Origin: Candidatus Latescibacterota bacterium
GTDB lineage: Bacteria; Latescibacterota; UBA2968; GCA-2709665
NCBI GenBank assembly: GCA_965219995.1
Contig: CBDCOX010000002.1
Coordinates: forward strand, 3,616,001-3,680,000
Direction of reading: 5' to 3'
DNA length: 64,000 nt
Shown here: positions 19,791 to 28,663 of the stretch, in pieces
Position numbering within the stretch: the stretch's first letter is position 1
Layout of the letters: each line of letters begins with the position of its first letter
Program-made: the position numbers and the translations under genes
The notes under the pieces: model-generated
Database searches by the model: none
Seen by the model: the letters and a program-made list of their open reading frames with translations, nothing else
What the model was told of the DNA's origin: nothing

Positions 19791-20783
19791 ATGGCCCTCA
19801 GGATCTGCAACTGGAAACACGGCAAACAATGGGTCTACTCCATCACGTACGACGAAGCGCTGATCGAGCTGCACGAACGCGCCGTGCCCATCCACGAAGA
19901 ATACAACGTTCCCGGGCATATGGAGGCGGTGGCCGGCCATATCGGCGAGATCCGGAAACTCGGCAACTCGAGCTACAACGGGTTCCGGCATATGACCGGC
20001 GAAGAAATGCGGGAGATGGTGGATCGGGGCTGGGGTGTGGGCAACCACTCATGGAGCCACGAAGTGATCCGTCCGGATATGCTGGACCGGGAGTTGCGCG
20101 AGGCCAGGGACGTGCTGGAAGAGGCCATTGACGGTCCGGTGGACCTCTACTGCTCGCCCGGCAACAACACCAATATGGCGGACCACGTCCTGGCTGCCTG
20201 CCGGGAGTATGGCTATTTGGGCGCGATGAGCCTCACGGATGCCCTCAACCGCCCGGGTGACGAACTCTTCTGGCTGAACCGCACGGCACTGCACGACCAG
20301 TTCTACGAGCCCTTCAACAGCGAGTTCGATCCGTATCGGAACATACGCCACGCGCAGAGAGACAGCGGATGGATCATCGACTATTGCCACTGTCCGCTGG
20401 ATGAGGTCGTCCACCGGAACAAAGACTGCACCGCGGAACAGCTTCGCAGGCGTTTCGAAGCGGTTCTCGGGGAAGGCGGGGACGACGTCTGGTGCGCGGT
20501 TCCGGAAGAAGCCATCTTCTACCACCTGACCCGACGTCACACCGAAGTCACCACCGTGGCGAACGCCGCCGATGAAAAGCGTTATCGGCTGAATGTGAAC
20601 GGACTGTCCGATCGGGTCACCTGCCGCGCGCTGACCCTGGACGCCGACGTGCCCGCGGCCTGGTGCCGGTATCCCCGGATCCGCGTCAACGATCAGCCCA
20701 TGCCCGCCTCGCTCGTCGGTCCGGGCGTCCTGCGAATCACGGTTGACGTCACGGACGGGATGGAGTTGACGTATTCCGCGTAG
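19791..20783 (+). CDS. Polysaccharide deacetylase (NodB-like) family
   Basis: SITYDEAL, GWGVGNHSWSH, SPGN. Confidence 0.82.
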   Translation: MALRICNWKHGKQWVYSITYDEALIELHERAVPIHEEYNVPGHMEAVAGHIGEIRKLGNSSYNGFRHMTGEEMREMVDRGWGVGNHSWSHEVIRPDMLDRELREARDVLEEAIDGPVDLYCSPGNNTNMADHVLAACREYGYLGAMSLTDALNRPGDELFWLNRTALHDQFYEPFNSEFDPYRNIRHAQRDSGWIIDYCHCPLDEVVHRNKDCTAEQLRRRFEAVLGEGGDDVWCAVPEEAIFYHLTRRHTEVTTVANAADEKRYRLNVNGLSDRVTCRALTLDADVPAAWCRYPRIRVNDQPMPASLVGPGVLRITVDVTDGMELTYSA

Positions 20784-20832
20784 AACCAATCCCGGAACGG
20801 CTTGCTGAAAAGCGACTATAGAGGCCCCGCAA

Positions 20833-21390
20833 ATGGACGGCTTCCCGGGTCACGACCTTCACCTGGAGACGGCGCACCTGAAGCTGCGGCCGTTTGAGGC
20901 GGCGGATTTCGATCTGGCGGTTCCGTATTATCAGGATCCGGACTTCCTGAATGTTATGGAAGGAGAACCGCCCGACGAACCCGTTACCCGGGACTACCTC
21001 GAAGGTGCGGGCAGGGCGATGGCGGCACAGGGGTTCCTGTTCGCGATTGTCGAAAAAGAGTCCGGCCGCACCATCGGTGAAGTGTGTCTGCAGTGGATGA
21101 ATCTGGACCGCGGGAGGATTCCGGGCGAGAAAGTTATGCGCCTGCCGATCGGGATCTGGGACAAGTCGCTGTGGGGTCGCGGGTACGGCAAAGAAGTGGC
21201 GCGTTGTCTGATCACGTATGCGTTTGAAGAACTGAAAATCGATCGCTTCTGTCCGATGGACGTGCGCACGGACAATGCGCGATCGGTAGCGCTGTGGCGC
21301 TCGCTCGGCCTCACCGTCGCGAGGGAAGTGGACGGCGGGAAGGTGCTTGATTTCGAGATCACTCGTGCGGACTACGTGCGGATGGGGTGA
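20833..21390 (+). CDS. GNAT N-acetyltransferase (RimJ/RimL-like)
   Basis: LETAHLKLRPF, IWDKSLWGRGYGKE, FEELKIDR, DNARS..LWRSLG. Confidence 0.9.
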   Translation: MDGFPGHDLHLETAHLKLRPFEAADFDLAVPYYQDPDFLNVMEGEPPDEPVTRDYLEGAGRAMAAQGFLFAIVEKESGRTIGEVCLQWMNLDRGRIPGEKVMRLPIGIWDKSLWGRGYGKEVARCLITYAFEELKIDRFCPMDVRTDNARSVALWRSLGLTVAREVDGGKVLDFEITRADYVRMG

Positions 21391-21665
21391 TGAAACCCAC
21401 ATAACCCTTCTCACACAAAGACACAAAGACACGGAGAAAACCAAGAAGGGTCAGGGGACCTTGCTGTTGAGAAAGCCCAGCGGACGCACCAAGATTCTTC
21501 CGCAATCTGAAGTGGTGAACATCTTCGATTGACTTGGCGAGCGGACTATGGGCGGATGGCGTAGAGAAAACCTGAAACCCATTACTCACACAAAGACACA
21601 AAGACACGGAGAAAACCAAGAAGGGTCAGAGGACGTTGCTGGTGAGATGGCCAGGGGGACACACG
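21364..21665 (+). repeat. Two-copy direct repeat (~174-bp period): GNAT gene 3' end plus CTCACACAAAGACACAAAGACACGGAGAAAACCAAGAAGGGTCAG motif
   Basis: Motif at 21410 and 21585; gene tail GCGGACTACGTGCGGATGGGGTGA (21367) recurs as GCGGACTATGGGCGGATGGCGTAG (21541). Confidence 0.9.
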
Positions 21666-21705
21666 CCGCTCCTAACCAGTACATAAGGTCTAAATCAAAT
21701 GCGGT

Positions 21706-22107
21706 CTATGTGATGGTGCCGTTGATAATTCGAGCAATGCCCTCCCTCATTGTTGCAGCGCCAAAGTTCAGTATAAAGCCGAGCTTCAAGTCGGTCAATT
21801 TGAGGTAGGTAAGGACTTGCTTCCGGTGTGCTCTCGTGATTTTCTCAACTGATTTCAACTCCAGGATGACGCGGTCCTCGACGATTATATCCGCGCGAAA
21901 TGCTTCGGAGAATCGCATTCCTTCGAACTCAATTGGTATCGGCACCTGCACCTTAACTTTCATGCCAGCCGTCTGAAGCTGCTTTGCCAGAATCACTTCA
22001 TAGACCGATTCAAGCAAGCCTGGGCCAAGATCCTTATGGAGGCGGACCGCACAATTCACGACCTCTGCACCTATTTCGTTTTCGTTCATCGATCCGAAAT
22101 GTTCCAT
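21706..22107 (-). CDS. GxxExxY protein (PD-(D/E)XK nuclease-like)
   Basis: LGPGLLESVYE, FRADIIVEDRVILELKS, HRKQVLTYLK, GFILNFG; alternative start ATG 22089. Confidence 0.93.
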   Translation of the reverse strand: MEHFGSMNENEIGAEVVNCAVRLHKDLGPGLLESVYEVILAKQLQTAGMKVKVQVPIPIEFEGMRFSEAFRADIIVEDRVILELKSVEKITRAHRKQVLTYLKLTDLKLGFILNFGAATMREGIARIINGTIT

Positions 22108-22132
22108 GCTTAAAGTGATGGATTCCTCTGGT

Positions 22133-22770
22133 GGTTTTCTTTGTGTCTTTGTGTGAGTTGCCCTAGGCCCCGTCTCCGAGCGTAGTGGTCGATGGTATAA
22201 TGTATTCGTCTCCCGTATTCCGTCTCACTGCCTCTCCTGGTTGCCCGTCTTTGGGTTGTTTCCGGTTTTCTTTGTGTCTTGGTGTCTTTGTGTGAGTAGG
22301 TTTAGCCCTCGTCTCCGAGCGCAGTGGTCGATGGTATAATGTACTCGTCTCCCGTATCTCGCACCTACTTCTCCTGGTTGCCCGTCTTTGGGTTGTTTCC
22401 GGTTTTCTTTGTGTCTTGGTGTCTTTGTGTGAGTAGATTTAGCCCTCGTCTCCGAGCGCAGTGGTCGATGGTATAATGTATTCGTCTCCCGTATTCCGTC
22501 TCACTGCCTCTCCTGGTTGCCCGTCTTTGGGTTGTTTCCGGTTTTCTTTGTGTCTTGGTGTCTTTGTGTGAGTAGGTTTAGCCCTCGTCTCCGAGCGCAG
22601 TGGTCGATGGTATAATGTATTCGTCTCCCGTATTCCGTCTCACTGCCTCTCCTGGTTGCCCGTCTTTGGGTTGTTTCCGGTTTTCTTTGTGTCTTGGTGT
22701 CTTTGTGTGAGTAGGTTTAGCCCTCGTCTCCGAGCGTGGCGATCGAGGGGACAACGTATTCGTCCCCGGG
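22133..22770 (-). repeat. Tandem array of four 137-139-bp units, each with the CTCACACAAAGACAC motif and a variant copy of the upstream gene's last ~17 codons
   Basis: Marker cgtctccgagcg at 22171, 22310, 22447, 22586, 22725 (spacings 139, 137, 139, 139); the last occurrence is the real gene end. Confidence 0.97.
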
Positions 22771-25695
22771 ATTGACGAGGTACGTGTAGCCGCCGCCGAG
22801 ATTCGTGCCTTCCCTGAGTCCGCGGACAATCGTAATATCGCCCGTTGAGACGCCGCCGTTTGTGACGGCCGCGATCCTGTAGCTCGTGTCCATCGGCAGA
22901 TCGTTGATGAAATGGATCGTGCGGCCGACGAGGTCGGGACCGGCCGGCAGGGGCGGATCCAGGTCAACCAGATTGTTCGCCGGGTCGGAAGCATCGATTC
23001 CTGTCACTCTCCCGCGCCATGAGGGACGTTCCGCTGTCAGTTCAACGCCGCCGACAGCGAGAGAGGTGCCGCCGATCATTCGCATCAGCTTCACCTCATC
23101 CCCCGCCAGGCGGATCATGCCAAGGGTGCCGTTGAACCTGATCCCGCCTTCCACTTCGACTTCCATCGGATCCTCACAACTGATCAGGATGTCTGTGCGG
23201 CCATCGACCATCTCTACGGCCACGGCGGCGGCGCTGCAGGCATCCCCGGCGTGGTTCACCTCCAGTTCCCGCGCCCGAGAGATGAGCCGGTTTGTATCGT
23301 AAGGTTCCAGGACGTTGAGAAACCGGCTATGCATCTCTTCGCCCAGCCTGCTCTGGATCAGATACCTGGGCCGCTGCAGCCGCCGCGGCGAATCCCCTGT
23401 GGCGAGCGCCACCTCATCGCAGGGCGTAAGCGCGTGCAGGCGAAGGTGCGGCTCGCAGCCTTCCGGAATTCGTCCGTGGATGTCCTCGATCTTCCAGTCG
23501 ACCCGGTACAGCTTCCGGACTGCCCCGGGGGAGCGTTCCACGTCGTATAGGTACGTGAAGCCGCTCTCCTTGAAGAAGTCCGCGTTCTCGCCGTCCAGCG
23601 TGGCGAACGAAATGTTGGGATCCGCAAAGGTGCCGCCATCCTGACCGACGAGTTCCAGGCTGGCAACACCAGCCGTTTCCGCGGCGCCGTGCCAGGACAG
23701 ACGGTGGTTTCTCCCGCCTCTTGCGCGAAACACATCCAGAACGTAGCTGTTGTCGTCGTCCACATCGACCATGGCGACCGTACGTCGGTAGGTTCGCAGC
23801 CCCTCATAAGCACTGGGCGCATCCACCTGGATCCCGCGCAACGGGGGCTCGACGGCGAAGCACTCGACCTGTCCGCCGGGGCTGTACGCCGATCGGGTAT
23901 CGCCCACCAGCAGCGTATTGTGACTGATCGTATTGGCCGTCCACGCGTGCCGTTTCGGCCAGGTCCCGGTGTATTCCGGGTACCCAAGGTCCGGCATCAT
24001 CGCCACGTTTTTCGCCAGCAGTCCCACGTTGAGCGAATCGTGGTGGGAGTGGCCCTTTCCCTGCCCGTAGTGGATGAAAACTGCGCGGCCGTTTTCCGGT
24101 CGTCCTGTCTGCAACTGCGCCTGCCCGTACCGCCCCAAGTGCTCACTCGTCAGGTTGCCCGATCCCTGTTGACCGACGTTCCGTATCTCACGGATCAGCG
24201 CGTCCGGATCCTCGCGGAAAATGTCATCCTCCAAGCGCAGGGTGGAACCGTGCGCGGAGTGTTCGTGCCAGGCCAGGGCCGCGAAACGCGGGTCCCCGTA
24301 CAATCTGTACGCCTGGACATAGGTCGCGGCATCGCCCTGGCGGCCCCACGCGCCCACGGCGCCGCTGTCCCCGGTGTTCGGCATCATGCCATCCAGGACG
24401 TTCAGCCGGGACTCCACGAGATAAGCCTGTTTGAGCTTCGGGTAATCCTCGACGAGATTGTGTTTCGTGTACTCAGGATACGTGGTCAGAATCTGCGCCA
24501 GTTCCCGCATGTGGCGGGTCCAGATGAGACCGTAACCCCCGCACTCACCGCCCATGCCGTCCCTGTCGAGACCCTCGGTCAATACCCAGGTCACCGGGTC
24601 GTTCTGGGCTGCGTGTTCCCCTGGAAATCCTGGATGGAACAGCCAGTCCAGCCACTCCGGCGTCAATTCGGGATGGTCCAGAGCGATCGCGGCGGTGGCG
24701 AGGGACGTGTGGTTCATGCCCGTGTTGCCGCTGATCCGGCCATCCTTTACAGAGGCAAGCGCCTCCAGCAGCAGATGACTCTGAATATGCCCGCAGATCA
24801 CCGCAATACTGCTTTTGTCCCGCAGGTCATATTCTCCGGCTCTGTCCGAGCAGAAAACCACCAGTTCATCATCGTCCTGGAGGCCGTCGAAGATGACGTC
24901 GTAGCTGCGCGCGAGGACCTGCACGACGAAGGTTTCCCAGATACAACCCTCAATCCGGCCTCTCCCCGAACCGCCCTGGCTGTGCTGAAATCCCAATTCG
25001 TGCAGCGGCAGGTAGTCCATCTCCGGATAGACGTCCGCGATCCGGTCAAGCAGAACGCCCGCCTTGTGGGCGTAGCGCCGGTCATTGGTGAGCGCGTACG
25101 CGTCGGCCAGCGCGGCAACGCCCCGCTGTATCCGACGCCACACGGCTTCGAAATTGTAGTATGCGATGATATCGTGTCGATTGCCCTGTTCGTCGAACAT
25201 GCCGTACCCGTCGTCGACGTGGAGTTCGTGCAGGGGGTCGGACGGATCGGGATGATCGGCATTGAACAGGAGCGACCGGTCGCCCAACTCACGACTGAAC
25301 ATCCCGTGCTCGTCGAGGGCCGACCTGTAGAAGGCCCCGAAGTCGTTCTTCGGGTACACCTCTCCGCAGTGTTCGCACCAGATCTTCCACGGCCTGGCGT
25401 CGTCGAACTCCCACCATTCGCGCCCCGATTTCGCCGGGGCCGTTTCGCCGCATCCGGGGCAATAGGGTTGCTGCCCCTTGTACGTCACCCCTTCGTTGGT
25501 GTAGACCGTCCGCGGCAACTCCTGCGCGGTGACCATCCCCCACAACGCATCGTCAGTGCGGTCGACCCACTCCTCGGCAGCCGCGACCGCCCCATCACGC
25601 CGCTCCCGCGCCCAGTCATATTTTTTCGCATTCGCCACCGCATTCGACCGCATCGACGCGCTGACGAACCGGCTTTGCTTTTTCCCAATTGACAT
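22717..25695 (-). CDS. Large heparinase II/III family protein with N-terminal Cys4 zinc-ribbon-like insert
   Basis: CPGC...CEHC, VDDGYG, GRISGNTGM, GHSHHDSLN, PDLGYP, TISHNTLLV; AAAGGGG RBS before ATG 25695. Confidence 0.82.
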   Translation of the reverse strand: MSIGKKQSRFVSASMRSNAVANAKKYDWARERRDGAVAAAEEWVDRTDDALWGMVTAQELPRTVYTNEGVTYKGQQPYCPGCGETAPAKSGREWWEFDDARPWKIWCEHCGEVYPKNDFGAFYRSALDEHGMFSRELGDRSLLFNADHPDPSDPLHELHVDDGYGMFDEQGNRHDIIAYYNFEAVWRRIQRGVAALADAYALTNDRRYAHKAGVLLDRIADVYPEMDYLPLHELGFQHSQGGSGRGRIEGCIWETFVVQVLARSYDVIFDGLQDDDELVVFCSDRAGEYDLRDKSSIAVICGHIQSHLLLEALASVKDGRISGNTGMNHTSLATAAIALDHPELTPEWLDWLFHPGFPGEHAAQNDPVTWVLTEGLDRDGMGGECGGYGLIWTRHMRELAQILTTYPEYTKHNLVEDYPKLKQAYLVESRLNVLDGMMPNTGDSGAVGAWGRQGDAATYVQAYRLYGDPRFAALAWHEHSAHGSTLRLEDDIFREDPDALIREIRNVGQQGSGNLTSEHLGRYGQAQLQTGRPENGRAVFIHYGQGKGHSHHDSLNVGLLAKNVAMMPDLGYPEYTGTWPKRHAWTANTISHNTLLVGDTRSAYSPGGQVECFAVEPPLRGIQVDAPSAYEGLRTYRRTVAMVDVDDDNSYVLDVFRARGGRNHRLSWHGAAETAGVASLELVGQDGGTFADPNISFATLDGENADFFKESGFTYLYDVERSPGAVRKLYRVDWKIEDIHGRIPEGCEPHLRLHALTPCDEVALATGDSPRRLQRPRYLIQSRLGEEMHSRFLNVLEPYDTNRLISRARELEVNHAGDACSAAAVAVEMVDGRTDILISCEDPMEVEVEGGIRFNGTLGMIRLAGDEVKLMRMIGGTSLAVGGVELTAERPSWRGRVTGIDASDPANNLVDLDPPLPAGPDLVGRTIHFINDLPMDTSYRIAAVTNGGVSTGDITIVRGLREGTNLGGGYTYLVNPGDEYVVPSIATLGDEG

Positions 25696-25931
25696 TCTAT
25701 TCACCCCTTTCAACACAAAACTCCGGGTCGAATTCCAGGATATGTCCACGATTCTAATCTTGTTTATATTTCAGGCATTCCGCAACTGCTAAACATCCGG
25801 GTGGGCGTGCGACGCGTCGTGGGTTCCGGGTTGAAATCTCTGCGACAGAGGTTATATTACGCGAGGCGTGCACCATTCAAGGCGCCGGGAAAGGCCGGAA
25901 TTCACGAGCTATACATACGGAGGGGATTACA

Positions 25932-26669
25932 ATGGACGAAATTACAAACGATCGCGACGTGGAAAACGGAGAGGGGATGGGCATAGTCAGCAGGATGGTC
26001 GGCGCGCTGCTTTCGCCGGGGCGGACATTCGCGTCCGTCAATGCGCATACCGATCACAGAGACTGGTATCTCCCCATGGTCGTCATCGCGATCGTCGGGA
26101 TGTTCTCCGCGTATCTGCTCATGCCCGCCGCTCAGACGGCCGGGATGCAGGCCATGCAGGAGCAATTCGCGAAAGACGAATCCCTTACGGAGGAACAGCG
26201 TGCGATGGCCCTGAAGAATGCACAAAAGGTGATGGGCTTCGGCGCCGTTGTCCTTCCGCCCATAGGCACCGCCGTGACCATCTTCGTCCAGGCGGCGATT
26301 TTTCTGGCGCTCGCCAATTTCGTTTTCGGCGGCGACGGCACGTACAAAAAGACGCTGGCCGTTGTGAGCTACAGTTCACTTGTGGCTGTTCCGGCCGCCG
26401 TTGTCGCGCTAATGCTCGGCATGGCCTGGGATGCGCCAACGGTACAGCTCGGCCTGGGTCTGCTGGCGCCGGATTCCATGGAAGGAAGTTATATTCATCA
26501 CTTCCTGTCCATGGTCACCGTCTTCGCCGTCTGGAAGTATCTGTTGGTTTCGCTCGGCCTGGGAGCTGTTGCGGGGATCCGGACAAAGCTTGCATTGTCG
26601 GGGATTTTCGGTCTCTGGGTTCTCTACCTCCTGGCAGCCGCCGCAGCGCGGACCGTCGCTACGGTCTGA
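25932..26669 (+). CDS. Yip1 family membrane protein
   Basis: RMVGALLSPGRTF, several TM helices, GGDGTYKKTLAV; GGAGGGG RBS; TTGAAA-16 bp-TATATT upstream at 25831-25858. Confidence 0.8.
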   Translation: MDEITNDRDVENGEGMGIVSRMVGALLSPGRTFASVNAHTDHRDWYLPMVVIAIVGMFSAYLLMPAAQTAGMQAMQEQFAKDESLTEEQRAMALKNAQKVMGFGAVVLPPIGTAVTIFVQAAIFLALANFVFGGDGTYKKTLAVVSYSSLVAVPAAVVALMLGMAWDAPTVQLGLGLLAPDSMEGSYIHHFLSMVTVFAVWKYLLVSLGLGAVAGIRTKLALSGIFGLWVLYLLAAAAARTVATV

Positions 26670-26796
26670 CGGGGGGTAACGGGGAGATCCCGCAGGACAC
26701 CTTTAAATATCCATATATACCAAACGCGGCCAGGTGGTCGAGGAACCCGGAGCAACCGGGCACCTTCAACCATCTGGCCGCGCTGTGTACCTATAC

Positions 26797-27140
26797 CTAT
26801 TCTTCGACGATGGATTCCAGTTGCGCAATCAGAGGGGGTAAGTCGTTTCGGATTATCAATCGCAGGATTTCCAGGTCAACGTCATCGTAGCCGTGAACCA
26901 GACGGTTTCGTAGCCCGATAAACGGTCCAATCACTCCCATTGAGGGGGAGTCGCAGAAGCCGAGCCGATCCCTGAGCTTGTCGAAGGGCCGGCGACGGCT
27001 GGTGCGGTGGGGGGATTTCAACGCCTTGCCGCAGACACTCCAGGTTGCTTGACAACACATAGCACCGATCGCAATATGCCGGCTTCTCTTGCGTATATCA
27101 GCATATCCAGAAGGCTTACACGGTCGTCACGTCTGCTCAT
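26797..27140 (-). pseudogene. Disrupted DUF86/HepT-like HEPN ribonuclease toxin
   Basis: N-terminus MSRRDDRVSLLDML..AREA (ATG 27140, overlapping the MNT stop) ends at TGA 27018; C-terminus IGLRNRLVHGYDDVDL (R-x4-H motif) lies in another frame; the middle is occupied by REP-like sequence. Confidence 0.82.
26931..27025. repeat. Nested REP-like palindromes inside the HEPN pseudogene
   Basis: ACTCCCATTGAGGGGGAGT hairpin and CCCTGAGCTTGTCGAAGGG (reverse complement shares TTCGACAAGCTCA with 332-344). Confidence 0.6.
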
Positions 27141-27441
27141 AGACCGCCTGCGCCGAGTCGAGTATGTCCTTCCGAAGCAGCCAATTGGGGTTGCTTTCGA
27201 CGCCCCGGAAGGTGTGGAGATCCACTCTTCTTCCATATATCTCCGACAACTCATCCTGCATGGTGATGAACTTCAGTCCCGGTGTATTGCCCGGCTCGAA
27301 CTCCACGAGCACGTCCACGTCGCTCTCCGGCGTGAAGTCGTCACGGAGCACTGAGCCAAACAGCGCCAGACGTTTGATGCCATTGCGCCGGCAGAAGGCA
27401 GCGGTCTTGTTTCTTGGAACGTCGATTCTTGCCTTCACCAA
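27127..27441 (-). CDS. Minimal nucleotidyltransferase (MNT) antitoxin
   Basis: LALFGSVLRDDFTPESDVDVLVEF (GS-x10-DxD), GRRVDL; coupled to the HEPN gene. Confidence 0.92.
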   Translation of the reverse strand: MVKARIDVPRNKTAAFCRRNGIKRLALFGSVLRDDFTPESDVDVLVEFEPGNTPGLKFITMQDELSEIYGRRVDLHTFRGVESNPNWLLRKDILDSAQAVYEQT

Positions 27442-27447
27442 TTGCAG

Positions 27448-28641
27448 TTATCTCCCACTTGAAGGCACCCGAAACGGCCTGAGATTCAGCATTGTCTCCT
27501 TATTGGCAATGTAGCTATTCCCTTTTTTTGAAATCCAACCTTCATCTGTGAGCCACTGTAGATCCTTCGTGATGATGAATGGATTTTTCTTGTACGACGG
27601 TCCTAGACGATCAATTGTCATAATTAACGCTAATTCGCTTACTTCTCGATCGCCGGCCGATAACTCAAGAAGCAGGTCGCGGCGCCTTTTTCCTTCGACA
27701 GTATCCTGTCTCGGAAAATGTCGGTATATGTGGTGCTGCCATACTATATCCAGATGCTGCTTCCAGATCATCTCCAACTGACCGTGAAGCCCGTCGAGGA
27801 GTCCCTGCACGGCATAGTAGAGAAAGGGTACGATCTCTCCTCCGGATTGACTGGTCCGCGCGAGTTGACGCGCGTATTCGGCACGTGTCGCACTATAGTG
27901 GCTGCTCAACAGGTGACATGCCGGTACCGGTATGCCCGCCTTCAATAATATAGCGAGCTCCAGCAATCTGGCTGTGCGGCCGTTGCCGTCTCCAAACGGA
28001 TGGATCCATGCCACATAAAGATGGGCCATTACCGCCTTGATGATTGCAAATGCAATCTCCTTGTCTTCGGGTACATCGAATTCATCCCGCAGCCAGTGGC
28101 ACAACTTCCCCAACAGGTATTCGCAATCCTCCGCGGGTGCTCCCCGATACCGACCGCCCACGCCAACCGAGTGGGTTCGAATCGTACCCGGAATGGAACC
28201 TTCTTGCTGATTGAGCTTTTCGAGAACAGCCCTATTCATCCCCCTGATCCACTCAATATCCAGGGGCTCGACCGACCTTTCGCGCATTCCCTCGATAGTG
28301 ACGTTGATCGCCTTAATAATGTTGTCCACTTCCTGCGCAAGATACTCGCGTGAGGGAGGCAACTCCAGCTCGCCTTCCAAATGTCGCAATACATCTTCTT
28401 CAGACAGGGTATTGCCTTCAATTGCGGTAGTGGCGTGCACACCCTTGGCCAGATAGATCTTATAGAGTTCCTCTGCCGAGTCATGAACCAGCGGCACCGT
28501 GGAGATGTGGACGATTTTGGACGTGCATTCTCCCAACTTCATCCAAAGAGAATAGGGCACGTCACGAAGATCGATTCGAAACGTGATCCAGGGATGAGTT
28601 TTTTCGTATTGCTTCATGCTTTTCCTATGTCTAAAATCCAC
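27448..28641 (-). CDS. Fic family protein
   Basis: HPFGDGNGRTAR motif; N-terminal TTAIEGN autoinhibitory motif; alternative start ATG 28617. Confidence 0.93.
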   Translation of the reverse strand: MDFRHRKSMKQYEKTHPWITFRIDLRDVPYSLWMKLGECTSKIVHISTVPLVHDSAEELYKIYLAKGVHATTAIEGNTLSEEDVLRHLEGELELPPSREYLAQEVDNIIKAINVTIEGMRERSVEPLDIEWIRGMNRAVLEKLNQQEGSIPGTIRTHSVGVGGRYRGAPAEDCEYLLGKLCHWLRDEFDVPEDKEIAFAIIKAVMAHLYVAWIHPFGDGNGRTARLLELAILLKAGIPVPACHLLSSHYSATRAEYARQLARTSQSGGEIVPFLYYAVQGLLDGLHGQLEMIWKQHLDIVWQHHIYRHFPRQDTVEGKRRRDLLLELSAGDREVSELALIMTIDRLGPSYKKNPFIITKDLQWLTDEGWISKKGNSYIANKETMLNLRPFRVPSSGR

Positions 28642-28663
28642 GCACTATCGTCCACTCGCCTTG

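Noticed and set aside
22133-22770. CRISPR array
   Set aside because: Units are 137-139 bp and nearly identical throughout, with no unique spacers and no cas genes in the window.
22578-22994. 138-aa minus-strand ORF ending ...LGDEG
   Set aside because: It is an out-of-frame overlap with the heparinase-like gene that reads into a repeat unit; a by-product of the array.
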